The notes under the pieces: generated by a model | The model's input: the letters and a program-made list of their open reading frames with translations, nothing else | The model's database searches: none | Told to the model about the DNA's origin: nothing | Program-made: the position numbers and the translations under genes | NCBI GenBank assembly: GCA_010093995.1 | Contig: ML992503.1 | Span: 1,479,234-1,543,233, forward strand | Origin: Elsinoe ampelina | Taxonomy: Eukaryota | Direction of reading: 5' to 3' | Length of the DNA: 64,000 nt | Shown here: piece after piece, positions 24,919-36,729 of the stretch | How positions within the stretch are numbered: position 1 is the stretch's first letter | Layout of the letters: every line of letters begins with the position of its first letter

Positions 24919-27900
24919 CTAATTCTGTCCCTGCTGTCCTCCACCGTTGAGCAAAAGCTCTAGCATGTCATACTCTCCGACGCCCGGGCCGAACCCCGTC
25001 TGGGTCACATCTGCTCCGTAGCTGTTGAGAATTGGATCGAGTGGTAGCGCGAGCCAGTCCTGGAGGTTGCCATTCTCATCCACAAATCCGTCCTGTGCCC
25101 CATGCTGGCCGGTGGCATAGCCATTCGCATAGCCATTCAAGCTCGTCTGGGTGAAGCTAGGACTTGGTGGATTAGTGGGTGGCGGCATGACGTTGAAGGA
25201 TGCACCATTATCCTCAAAGTCGAATGCCTGTGTACTGATGCCATACAGTGGGTTGTTGTTGTTGTTGCCACCATTTGGATGCGAGCTCTCCCGACTGTGG
25301 CCGTTCGCAAAGCCTTGCACTGCGGGATGGCCAGCCCATGGTTGGGAATGGTTCAGTGAGGTTCGGAGCGCGGACGCCGATACCGGCTGGCTTGTTGGAA
25401 TACCTTGTGCGTCTGCGGGTGACTTGGAGGTTCCTCTCGAAAAGCCATTTGGTCCCATGCGGGTCATGCGGATGAAGCGAGCACGAATGCGGTCGGTGAG
25501 GGTGCGAAGGAGATCGGCGAAGCGCGAAGCGACGTGGACGTCATCAACGATGCAGGTCTGGAGAGCCTCAATAGTACGATCTAGGTAGCCAAGAGAAATG
25601 GCCACGTCGTCCTCAGTAGCACCGAGAGCAAAGGTTTTGAGCAGTATAATGGCGACCGAGATGATGCGGAAGTAGGTCCTGACTGGCGCATGTCGAAGGT
25701 GCTCTCCAGGGTACAGACCCTCGACTACCGATCTGAGCAAACGCCTGCAGCCATCTGTGACCTCGTTCACGTAGAAGCGATCGGAGCCGTAGCACTTTTC
25801 CAGGACTGATGCAGGGATAGATGCCCCTGATGCAAGAGCCTGGGCCATGCCTTGAGCAGCTTTGTTGGAATTGACCTCCTGCTTGGGCGTATTGCGGGTG
25901 CAGCGCTCGACCACTGCCTGCAGTCCCAGTGAGTTGAGGTAGACTCTGCAGTATTCGTAGTCGATCTCGAGGACGTGGCGCATCAAAGCGGGAACTACAA
26001 CATGTCAGTAAATTCTCAGGCACGATGCTATTGCACTTACTGTCTCGGGCATTGTCCATCGTCTGCCTCCACGACGTAAGCTGAGGGTAAAGCCCACGGA
26101 GCAGATCCTTGTATCGCCCGGTGCGGATGATGTCACGGGTATTGTCTCTGTTCGCGAAGAGCTCTTCATTGCCAGTCTTCATGATCGAAGCAATCTTGAG
26201 CCACAGATGAATGACAAGATCCTTTGGGTTCTTGGCATTATGAAGGTCGTAGATATGACTGAGTGCGGGCTCGCAGTAATTCTTTGGTAGCATGGATGTC
26301 AGACCAACCCTGCCACTTGTCTGCGTCATGTAGACCATCAGCAAGTCTTTGACATGCAGGCGTCGGTGCTCGTAAGCGATACGCTTCTCATCTGGAATGG
26401 TTGTTGACTTTGACAAGTGCCGTGCTGCGTTTTCGTCGAATACGCCGATCTCGAAGGCCAGAGACATTGCCATCGATAGCAGCATCCAGCATATTCGATC
26501 GCTCCTCCAGCAGGGCTCCAGCCAGGTATCCATACGTTGCCCGCCGATACCCTTCAGTGCATCGCCACTATCCTCTTGATCGCTGAAGACCGGTTGGACT
26601 TCTGGCATCATCAACTCCGAGTCATCGTCGTCCGGTGGGAAGTGCATACTACGCGGGTGCCATTCGGTGAGGAGCATGAGCGATTCGACACTTCCGAGAG
26701 TTCGCAGACCCTTTCGTCCGTACGGGACGATGTCGCATCCTTGCTGCTGACCCGTGACATATGTATTTGTGCCGAATTGCTCTTGACCCCAGACGAGACG
26801 ATTGATCATGCCCTCAAGATATGACCACAGCTTCTGATGAATAGCTGATGGACGTGATTGCGATCCGGCACCACCGAGCTTCATGTGACGAGAGGCGATT
26901 GTGAGGATAGTGACTGCCAACATGGGCTCCTCTTCCAGCATGCTCGCATGGCTCGAGAGGGAGGTGAAGTCCGGCATGACAATGGGCGTCAGGGGAGAGA
27001 GCTTAGTGTAAAAGTAATCGACATATTGGATAGCTTCGCGAGCGCTGAACCATCCAGAGCGGACGAACTTGAAACGCGACCATGCCTTGAGGGCGGATGT
27101 CAGCTCTGTCGCGGATGAGCTGGCGACAGATCCGTAGGTGATGGCGGGATCAATTTGGGGAATGCCGGGGGAGATGGCACTGAGTGGCGGCGGCATGCCA
27201 TTGCTAGTCATCCTGCGTCCGGAAACCGGGCTGATGGTGGGCATCTCGTGGGGGCTGCGTCCTTGCAAGACATCGGTTGGGCGAGATCCAGTGCTCGCGC
27301 TGCCAGCGCGGTGGTGCGTGGCTGCCTCGAGTAGCACATTCAACGCATCGTGTCCGCTATGTACCTCTGCATTCTGTAGTATAGCAGCAGTCTGCAGGCT
27401 GACCTGCTCGTCATCTTGGTCGTCTCTTGCTGAAGGATGTGAGGTGTGGGAGTTGGAATGTGGGAATGAGGGACGGTGCATCGGAGCTGGAGTCCTAGTG
27501 ATGCCACCGGGTGTGAGAGGGAAGGCAGAGAAGCCCCTCTGTGCTGTTTCTTCGTCCTCGCCCTTGAGTCTCTTGCGGCCACCCCGGACCTCAAACTCAT
27601 CCAGATCGACCTCTTCGTCAGCGCCGGAATCCGCGGGACGCTTCTTGCGACGTGTCGCGGAGAAGAAGCATTCTTTTGACTCGCGGCGGCACCTGTCGCA
27701 TGGCGGATCATGAGGATTGTCGACAGGGCCTAGATTGCAGCGGACCTGGTATTGTTAGACTAAGCCGAGGCGGTCAGGTTGGTTCTCTCACCTTGCGCTT
27801 GCGGCATGGTATGCAAGCTGCAGGGCAATCAGTCGTGTACTTCACCTACAGTGGGAAAGGGCAGTACCTTGATATGTCCTGGTATGAGCATTGCCAGCTG

Positions 27901-27967
27901 CGCCCGAAACCGGCGGACTCGACTGGCCGTCGAGCACGGCAAAGGAAGACTGTGTATCTGCGGCCAT
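24919..27967 (-). CDS. Zn(II)2Cys6 transcription factor, Aro80-like, multi-exon
   Basis: Spliced RTYQA|CIPCRKRK|VRCNLGPVDNPHDPPCDRCRRESKECFFS; LRTLGSVESLMLLTEWHPR; EYCRVYLNSLGLQAVV. Confidence 0.85.
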
Positions 27968-29537
27968 GTTGGAGGTATGCTTACGCCGGCGCAAAGCGCG
28001 CCGGAGACGGAGATCAGATTATTGCTCCAGAATGAGAGTGTTTGGGGTGTCGGAAGGTTGTTTCTGAAGGCTGAAGTGAGTCTGAAGTGAATTAGCGACC
28101 CAGTCTACGTAAACATGCGAAGCAGCAGGCAGTCGACAGCGAGATAGCAGGCGACGAGCAGATGGGCGTGGATTTGTGTGCGTTGAAGGTTTGGACGAGG
28201 GAAGGCGGCGATACGGGCAGACCCAATGGGGAAGCTGCCCGTCTGTTTCTGAGGCGGCCAGGGCAAACGCCAGGAAAAGGTCAACTTCACGCGGCCCCGG
28301 GCGTTCGTGTGCTGATTTTCAGGTCGATCGTCATTCGTCCTTCTGGTCGTCTTCCAGAATCATCAAAGATCACGCCTCCATCGCTTGTTCCTGGCAAGGC
28401 TCAACGCTCAAACTAGTGAGATATGACCCCAATTGGAGAAGCTCTTGTGTCATTGCTTGCGTAGGCGGTTTCCGTCGGCCTTCGATTGGGTCTTTCAACA
28501 GCCATGATCACATGCTGCAGCTACGCAAATTGATGATACGTCTCAAGGGGCTCGATACAGGAAGACAGGCACATGATGTTATCGGTCCGATGCATCACTC
28601 ATTCAGCACGTGGGGCGAGAAATGGCTCGACAAGAATCTGCAAAACAATAACCTGATACTGTATCCCCGCACACTCAAGGTTCAGTTGGTTGCTCCATCT
28701 CTGGTTCACAGTGCGGAAATCCTTTATTTATGACCAATATAAACAGCACAATCCGGTATGGTATCCGTGAGTCGCCGTGGTCCGGACAGTTTTCAAAGCC
28801 CTGAACCAGTTTCTAGACCTCAAGGCTCCATCGGTGGATTCGGTATCGGGTCGGGTCTTTCTTGACTCGCCCGCACCGCTCGTGGCGCCATCCATCAAAG
28901 TCTAAACGACTAGACCCATTTACGTGTGGGTCCGCAGCCTCGATGGTACTTGATTGTAGGATACTGCAATCTTCTGGCATGGCATGTCCATCACAAGAGG
29001 CGTTCTCAGACTAGTGACCTGCCCCAAAGCAGGCTGCCCAATGCTGTGCCCTGACGTCGATAGGGTCTTCATGTTTCCTCCCATCTTGACTGACCAAGAC
29101 GCTCTCCAGCCGTGATAGCAGACTGCACAGGCGTTTGCTTGTTGGCCATACTGCGCGCTTGCGATGTTTGTGAAACTCCTTATAGCAGCACAAGTCTCAT
29201 AAGAAGACAAAACGGCCTGCGAGATTCGTATTCAACAAGACCACGAACTTCGGAATGAGGAGGCCCCTTGTCGATGTGGTCTTCGACCAGCCTTCCAGGG
29301 AAGCATCCTCATCAGTCCCATAGTACGTGTTGGATCGCATCATGTCGCCGCCCAGACGTCGTGAGTCTTGGCTCCCTTTCACAGAGGCTCTGGAAGGCCA
29401 GGGCCACGCAAGTCGAGCTTTACGTTCCACCGCCTTTCACGGCGCGATCTTCAATCACCTCTGTCTCTCCTTCCTGACACCTTTTTACCATCAACTCAAT
29501 CCGGCGGCCAGACTTCTCCTCTCCCGACAGCATCTGC

Positions 29538-30095
29538 AATGTCTTCAACGTCACCTCCATCCAAACAGCCCACTTCCGACTCCAATGAGGAGCCGGAGCC
29601 CCAGTATGACTTTGTTTACCATCCAAGACTTTCCATGCTGACAGCCACTAGGACAACCAAGACCGAACAAGCGACAATCGAGATCGCGAAGGAAAAGAAC
29701 GAGATCCAAGACCTCCGAAGAGAGTTCGACACCCTACGCACCAGACTCATGGACATTCACGGCCAGATCCCACCTCCCAGGACCGGCCGCGGCCTACTCA
29801 CAAAGGGCAAAGGGTATTGAACACCACCATCGTCCTTCAAAGGCTGTCACTGACAATGCCCAGCAAGTCGACCTGGAAACGCAACCAGATCCAAGCTCTA
29901 GAGGCAGTCCGCAAGACACTCAAAGGCCTCAGTATCGCGACGAACTCAGTCGTTGCAATCCTTAAGAGGCGCGTGAACATGCTCGACGAGGAAGAAGCCA
30001 TTAGAGCCGAGAGACGAGAGGTCTTGCGCTTGACGGAGGAGCTTCATGGCCAGGTCACGGAGCTGTTGAAGACGGTGCATGCTGTGTCGGTCTAG
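29538..30095 (+). CDS. Hypothetical small protein, exon structure uncertain
   Basis: ATG 29538, intron-like GTATGA..CTGAC..TAG, helical C-terminal ORF 29817-30095. Confidence 0.3.
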
Positions 30096-30577
30096 GCCCA
30101 TCTTTGATGTTGAGTCACTACCGTTCAGGTATCAACCAGGTCGGATGTTGGAGATGTATCAGTCCAAGCCGCGGATTCAGCACGCCGCATCGATGGGGAT
30201 GGAGGTTGATGTTGTCCAGACGCAAGGTTGGGCAGGTTGTCCAACAAGCCATTTCACCATCTTCTGATAGACCCATTTAGCACTTCCATCAAAGCTCACA
30301 GTCGTTATGATGGTCTGCTCAGAACTCAAGCAGAATGAAATCGCCAATGTACCCTCCTGCCAAATATACTTTCCCTGCCCGGGGTAATTCCATGCGGCTC
30401 CGCACCAACCACATCTCCAACGTGGGGCAAATCGTGGGGCAAGTCCGCAACCCTCATCCCCCCCAAAAGCCACCCTCGATCCATAAAAACGGCCCTCATC
30501 CCAGACATGACTCCCACCACCCCTTCGTGTTCGTCACGGCCAAATCGCACCCCAGGTCCCCATCGAGTCCGCCCACC

Positions 30578-31555
30578 ATGACAGAGTACCACCCCCCCTC
30601 CCTCTCCCCCCTCAAAGACAAAGTCTGCGTCATCACAGGCGGCGCATCCGGCATGGCCGCCGACCTAGTCCGACTTTGCCACTCGGTCGGCGCCCATGTG
30701 TTTTTCGGGGACATCATCGTCCCCGCCGGCGAGGCTGTAGAAGCCGAGCTCAAAGCGCTAGGGCGTACGAACCACGCTCGCTTCGTGCCGTTCGACGCGG
30801 CGTCGTACAAAGACAACTTGCACCTGTTCGACGTGGCATTCCAGACTTGCGGGCGTGTTGACCATGCTGTTTCCGCGGCGGGGGTGACGGAGATGGGGGA
30901 TCTCACGGATCCGGGGTTGACCTTGGAGACGGTGAGGGAGGAGCCCCCTGCCAACTTGATGAAGGTGCTGGAGATCGATCTCACAGGCCCGTTGTACTTC
31001 TCCAGGGTGGCGAGTGTGTATCTCCGGCAGCCGGCGTTGAATGATAAGTCGAGCACGGCCGCAGCGGATAAGAGTCTGACTTTGGTGTCGAGTATTGCGG
31101 GGATTACGGAGGCGCCGGGGTTGCCGGTGTATTCGGCGGCGAAGCATGGGGTTGTGGGGTTGATGAGGAGTCTGAGGGTCACTTTGATGAAGGAACTGTT
31201 TGGGAGGATCAGGACGAATGCGATTTTGCCGTGGATGACGAAGACGAGGATGGTGAAGGGAGTGGAGAAGGGTTGGGCCGAGGCTGGGCTACCTACTAAT
31301 GAGCCTGTGGATGTTGCAAAGATCATGGCTGGTGGGTCGAACTTTTGTTTTTGTGATACTCAGCTGACTGTTCAAGGTGTCATGGCTGATGGAGAGTCTA
31401 ATGGCTTCTCGTTGTTTGTGGGTGGCGGCCGAGCATTCGAGACCGAGGCAGGTTACGATCGGACACAACCGCAATGGTTTGGAGAGATGACGGAAGTGTG
31501 GTTGAAAGGCCAGGAAGTCCTTGGGTCGGGCAATAACTGGCAAGCGAAGCCTTAA
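30578..31555 (+). CDS. Short-chain dehydrogenase/reductase
   Basis: VITGGASGM, YSAAK catalytic motif; probable in-frame 45-nt intron about 31332-31376. Confidence 0.9.
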   Translation: MTEYHPPSLSPLKDKVCVITGGASGMAADLVRLCHSVGAHVFFGDIIVPAGEAVEAELKALGRTNHARFVPFDAASYKDNLHLFDVAFQTCGRVDHAVSAAGVTEMGDLTDPGLTLETVREEPPANLMKVLEIDLTGPLYFSRVASVYLRQPALNDKSSTAAADKSLTLVSSIAGITEAPGLPVYSAAKHGVVGLMRSLRVTLMKELFGRIRTNAILPWMTKTRMVKGVEKGWAEAGLPTNEPVDVAKIMAGGSNFCFCDTQLTVQGVMADGESNGFSLFVGGGRAFETEAGYDRTQPQWFGEMTEVWLKGQEVLGSGNNWQAKP

Positions 31556-31570
31556 TAAACCCACGGTTTC

Positions 31571-32863
31571 TCATTCTACCCTCTTCTGCTGCTTCGGCGC
31601 GCGGATCCGTCCTCTGATCCAGTCAGGCACAAATGCCTTGACGCCGACCAGATCTTCTCCAGAACCAGCTTTCACAACAAACTTGTCAGTCTCGTCGAAC
31701 GTGCTTGGTTCGCTCGTGACGGTTAGGTCGGTCATCTGCTCAAGTCTGCACATAGCAAGGCCGACATTTCCAACGCCAGCGATCCATCGTCCAGGCTTGC
31801 CTCGCTTGCCGTCGATCTTGAAATCCTCCTCCGAGTTAGGAGATCCAAGGGACCAGGATGGATCATATTGTAGTCTTTGTGGCGGCTCGCTTGCTTTGTC
31901 GTACAACAACACCGGCAGTACTCTCCTCCTGACCACTCCGGTATGATGTGTCCGGATGGTCAGTTCTTGACCGACATAGCAGCCCTTCTTGAAATCAATG
32001 GCTCCCATGACGTCCAGGTTACTGCCCATAGGTAACGCTTGATCTCGCTGTATTTCGTTCTGACCCTCTGGTACCCCTCGAAGATAGCGTCTGATGTTGT
32101 ATTGATCCAGACTTGCTTCGTCGAGCCCTTCCAGCTCCGGCGCACCTTTCCAATTGTCGCCCGAAAGCAATACTCGCTTGCCTAATCCCGGTGCTCTTTG
32201 ATCCACCAAGCCGATGCTGTGGTCTTGGTCGCCTCCAGTACCACTGCCACTCTTCCCATTAAGTCCGTAGCTCGTCCATCTCTCCTCGCCTTCACGCCAC
32301 AAAGCGAGAGTACTCACCTCGCCATCCTCAATCCCTCGGAGCTTGACCTTACTCCTCAGCTTATGCCTCTTCAAGTGTTTTAGCAGCCCATCCTTCTCCG
32401 CACTATCCAGCTCGATCACGAATCCATCTTCTTCAGCTTTTGCTGGCTCTTGACTTCCACTTGTGGCCCCTCCCCCAATCAGTGCTTCCCAAGAAGAGCC
32501 AACGACAGGATACACAAACACCTCGTTGATCACCCTTCCTTGTGCCGTCAGGAAAGCGGAGTAGAAACCTTGCGAGATCGCCGCAACACTGCCGGGCGTC
32601 GATGGTGGAGGCGCGGAGGTCGGAAGAGGATGCACGGAAGTCGTGATCAGTCCGTGAAGAAACTTGGGTGCGTCCGCGCCAGAAACGTGTATCAGCGAGC
32701 GATTGTTGAGGTGTGCATAGCCGGATGTTGGCGGTGGTGGAGGATTTGCTTCCCTTGCGGAAGTGGTCGAGAATGCTGCTCGTTGGGTGCGTTTGTTTCG
32801 ACAGCTTGCACACACGTATTGACTCCTGTTTGCTATAAGTCGTGTGGCCGGTCTCGGGGGCAT
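31571..32863 (-). CDS. IBA57: Mitochondrial Fe-S assembly factor Iba57/Caf17 (YgfZ family)
   Basis: KGCYVGQELT signature, FLTAQGRV, Arg-rich presequence. Confidence 0.95.
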   Translation of the reverse strand: MPPRPATRLIANRSQYVCASCRNKRTQRAAFSTTSAREANPPPPPTSGYAHLNNRSLIHVSGADAPKFLHGLITTSVHPLPTSAPPPSTPGSVAAISQGFYSAFLTAQGRVINEVFVYPVVGSSWEALIGGGATSGSQEPAKAEEDGFVIELDSAEKDGLLKHLKRHKLRSKVKLRGIEDGEVSTLALWREGEERWTSYGLNGKSGSGTGGDQDHSIGLVDQRAPGLGKRVLLSGDNWKGAPELEGLDEASLDQYNIRRYLRGVPEGQNEIQRDQALPMGSNLDVMGAIDFKKGCYVGQELTIRTHHTGVVRRRVLPVLLYDKASEPPQRLQYDPSWSLGSPNSEEDFKIDGKRGKPGRWIAGVGNVGLAMCRLEQMTDLTVTSEPSTFDETDKFVVKAGSGEDLVGVKAFVPDWIRGRIRAPKQQKRVE

Positions 32864-33242
32864 TGTTTGGTGTTGTTGTTGTTGATGTAGATCGAATGCT
32901 GTTCACCTCAGCCGTGAGAAATCTTATGCTGGTCGACGTCATTTTGAAGGTCTTGGCCATATCAGGTCACCCACACGCTCTACAATCTCACAAACAGTTT
33001 CGATCACTCGGATACGTCCTTCAACTAATACAGAGCTGGGACCTGTGACACCGATGCGAACGTGGCGGTTCAGCCAAGCCGCATATACGAACGCCGCTCC
33101 GGCGTGGCAAAGTGAGTGATGATGAGCAAAGAGGTTTAGAAAGGCATCTATGTTTGTAGGGTATCAGATATGCTACTCAGCAAGACACACTTGCAAGATC
33201 CACCAAGCGGTCTCAATCAGGCCCACCATACGCTGTCCGTGT

Positions 33243-34581
33243 CTAGTTTGGCCTGGATCTCCTGCTCTTACCAGGTCGCTGCGTCTTGCCTTTCATCTTT
33301 TTGATCGAGAATGATCGAGTATCGGCGCTTGACTCAGCATCGTTGCTCTTCGCAAACCTCTTTTTTCCGCCGTAACCCCACTTATCGTTCTTCTTCTGCC
33401 TCTTTGCGCCCGGGGGACCGGTACCGCCACCCGCCTTACGGGCAGCCTTGTCCTTCTTCTCCGTCACGGCAGCATCTTCGAGCGCAACGTCGAACATGTC
33501 GTCCTCGTTCGCGTTGCCAATGGAGGCACCTGATCGTTCTGGATGGAGTCAGTACGCGCTTTGACGATCCGTAGTGGAAGCTGAACTCACTCTTCTTGAG
33601 CATCTTGATCTTGTCAAGCGTCTCCTTCTTTGCCTTGTCTCTCTCCTGCAGTTTCGCAATCTGTACCTGCTTGCCGAACTTCTTGAGGTCTCTTTGCTTC
33701 CTTGCTTCTGCCGCAGCCTTCTTGCTCGCCGCATCATCCACCAATTTCTTCTTGATCTTACCCATGTGCTCATCAGACTTGACCATCTCCGCGAAGTAGT
33801 CCGCTGGCCGAGAGAAGAGGACGCCTTCCTTCTTGAGTAAAGACCGCGCCTGAGTCACGGCTTCGAGCGATTGTTTGTAGAATGCCAGTTCTCGGCCAAG
33901 GTCGTCCTCGATATCTGCGATTATAGTTGGGGCTGATGAGACCACAGCTTGTGTGGCTGAAAAGGGAAGGGACGCTGGCAACGCTATCGACTTGTATGCC
34001 TTTGTAAGAGCCACGGTGTTGTTGATTGTGAGTCGTTGATGTGGTACCACATCTTCCTTCTCATCAGATGCCAGCGACTCAATGTCCGAGAGCGGGATGT
34101 CCTCATCGTCCTCCTCGTCCTCGTTGTCATCTTGTTCCGCATCGCCGTTCAACGCGTGGCCATTCGTTTTGGCAGTTGGTGTATTCAGGTCGTCTCCTTG
34201 ATCATCTTCCGAATCTGATGTGTCGCTGTCCTGGAGACGTGAGAGATCGAAGCCTGACTTCTCTAGCTCCTCATCCGCGGTCTCCCAATCCTCGGATCCA
34301 TCTGGAGATGGTATCTCATCATCCGAGACCTCCTCTGAGGCGGCCAGAGCATCCTTCTTTTGGCGTTTGGATTTTGGAGTCTTCTCGTCACGGGAAGCTT
34401 TCGGTGTGTGGAATTGGAGCTCTGTCTCGTCCCCCTCGACCTCGCTGCCATCCTCGGCGACTTCTGTCCGTGATCGCTTGCGTTTCAGAGCCTTCTTCTG
34501 CAATCGCTTCTGCTTCTCGAGTTTGTGATCGATACCCTTCTGACGATCTAGCGCGTCTTTCAGCTTAGCCCCTTTAGCCAT
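33243..34581 (-). CDS. EBP2: rRNA-processing protein Ebp2, 2 exons
   Basis: DDLGRELAFYKQSL, RPADYFAEMVKSDEHMGKIK, KKFGKQVQ, KWGYGGKKRFAKSND, RPGKSRR. Confidence 0.95.
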
Positions 34582-34701
34582 TCTTGTGTTCGAGGAAAAG
34601 TCGAAACCCTGTGTGGATGAGGATCTTGAGGTCGAAGAAATTCTCGGATCACAAAAATTTCCCCACACACACGACGCACGGGCCGAAAATCTATTTGCTT
34701 G

Positions 34702-34780
34702 CACCGTCATGCATACGGTAGCTTCCGCCAAAACAGTCAAAACAGTCAAAACGCTCAAAACCATCAAAACGCTTAAACCT
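34702..34780. repeat. Left TIR with about six 9-bp subterminal units (NNTCAAAAC-like)
   Basis: cgccaaaac agtcaaaac agtcaaaac gctcaaaac catcaaaac gcttaaacc; the same array occurs at 42561-42639. Confidence 0.9.
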
Positions 34781-35004
34781 AGCATTTGCTATTACACCAC
34801 CTCCCCGCGCACTACCTATACCACTTATTGCAATGATTCTTATTGCAATCGACAGCTCTTATGACGCTCTATTGTTTAATGTAAGTATTATTCTCTTATT
34901 ATATACCTTTAGTTTTTTGTAGCTTAGCGCTAGTATAAAAGCTAGGTGCGCTAGTTTTCTATACCTTCCTTCCTATTACCCCCTAATATACTACACTACT
35001 CGAT

Positions 35005-36603
35005 ATAGCTTTATAATCCGCTATAATTAAGGTAGATAGGCCTCTTATCGAGTACTAGTTACTATACAAGCGCTATAATTAGCCTAAAGTACTCTAGAGA
35101 CTATTAAGGCGTAGTTACACTCTATTACTTAGAATGCTCTAGCGCCTCTTATAAGGCTAGTAGCTCTCTACCTACCCTAAGGCACTAGTTAACTCCGAGG
35201 CTCTCTACTATAGTATTAAGAAGCTATTCTAGCTATGTATTAGCTAGTAAGAGACGCTAGAGGTATTAAAAGAGTAAGGCTTTGATATATTGTTAGGGAC
35301 GCTAAAGCGCCTATGTAAAGAGTTAGACCTTATCTATCGGATTAATCGAGAAGAGGACAAGGTTAAGTATAAGCGAATATAGTAGCTACTATAAAGCAAA
35401 TATAACACTAGTAATATTAAGGATTAGAGCCTTAGCTACCTTTACACCTATATAAGATAGAAGTATAGGATTATCGGGAGGTAATACGTGTTTGTAATGC
35501 GTTCGCTAGTTGGTTTACTAACTCTAACCTAGTCGGCGCCTTTACTGCGCCGTAATTACAATTAATCCCTTAGCGTTCTAGATTCGTAGTAACTAGCGGC
35601 CTGCTAGTTATAGCGTATAAGATGTGCTAGGGCTAAACTATACCTAGTCGATAGACGCCTATTACAAGCTTAAGGAGTATAGTATTAAGATTTATACTGT
35701 AATTAACAAATTTTCACGCTATATTATTTAGGCCTATATAGGCTTCTCGGCAAGGAAGGCTATATTAATTATAAAGTAGTACACTACTATTGCTGCCTTA
35801 TGTAGCCGGATTCCCCTCGAGATCCGCATAGATAGAGGGAGCAAGACTATAATAGTCTTATAAGTGTATCTCGACGCTTAGCGTTAGCTAAGTAGTCTCT
35901 CTTTAGAGGTAAATAAAGCCTTCTTATTCGGTATAAGTAAGTAGAATTAGTATATTAAATTATAGTAGGCCTAGCTTGCAAAGAGCACTATAAACCGCTA
36001 GCGAAGATAGTTTACTAAGCTAAAGAAGTTAAAGCGCTAGAAGCGTAATTTTATCGCTTACTAAGTCGCTCTTATAGCTATATATATGCCTATCCTTTGC
36101 GTAGAGATATAGCAATTCGTGTATTAATAGAACTATTACTACATCCGGAAGTAGCCGAGACAACCGTACACGATTATAGAAGTGCTAAGGCTCCTATATT
36201 ATTATCTAGAGGTAGTCGGTGTATAGAACTATACCGTTGCTATACTACCTAACTAATTCGACAATTTAGACTAGTATACTAGCGAATTCGGTAAGGTATA
36301 AGTGCTAATAGATATTTGTAGCTAATTAAGCACTAGATTATAAGTAATATCTACTCTCTAATACTCTTAATCTCTATACCTTAATCCTCTCTACCGCTGG
36401 CCTCTAGCCTTATAATAGTCGAGCAACTAATGCTTATAGTGTTAGACTCCACTAGAGAGCTTATTTTATGCTTCGTGATACACTAATTAAGCACGATTAA
36501 TAGTAGCGCTATTCTCTACTATTAGAGTACTAAAAACTAGATAATTCTCGAGGCTATTAATTACATATAGAAGTTGCCGAGCAAATCGCAAACGCTAAGT
36601 AAA
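35005..36603 (+). pseudogene. ORF1 of copy A: tandem HTH (Clr5-like) + IS3/rve-type DDE transposase, RIP-mutated, with introns
   Basis: Literal reading DVLGLNYT*SIDAYYKLKEYSIKIYTVINKFSRYII*AYIGFS...IRIDRGSKT...FLFGISK*N*YIKL**A*L; de-RIPed VPGPNYTWSID...EIYAVIDKFSRYIIW...RTDRGSET...FGTSKQNQRIESWW. D at 35654, D at 35831, inferred E at 35957. Confidence 0.85.
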
Positions 36604-36729
36604 CACACTATAAACATCTAACTTATGTATATTAAATCCTCTCTCTAATATACTAGAGCTTTCCTACTCTATTTTCTCTACGGTTTTTGCTTATTACTAC
36701 TATATTGTTTGTTTATTACTACTAGCGAG

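Noticed and set aside
7016..32890. Many long antisense or overlapping ORFs (e.g. 10139-10837, 22704-23444, 30496-31326)
   Set aside because: Shadow frames of GC-rich, codon-biased real genes with no recognisable motifs.
34725..34780. CRISPR-like or telomeric repeat array
   Set aside because: Contiguous 9-bp units with no spacers, mirrored at the other end of the element in eukaryotic DNA; these are subterminal repeats.
34586..34864. Near-identical short ORFs (MHTVASAKTVKTVK..., MLGLSVLMVL...) here and at 42481-42723, 42108-42644, 40245-40451 and 54327-54521, plus the 68-aa N-terminal extension of EBP2
   Set aside because: They are read-throughs of the TIR and 9-bp repeats; the real EBP2 start is 34581.
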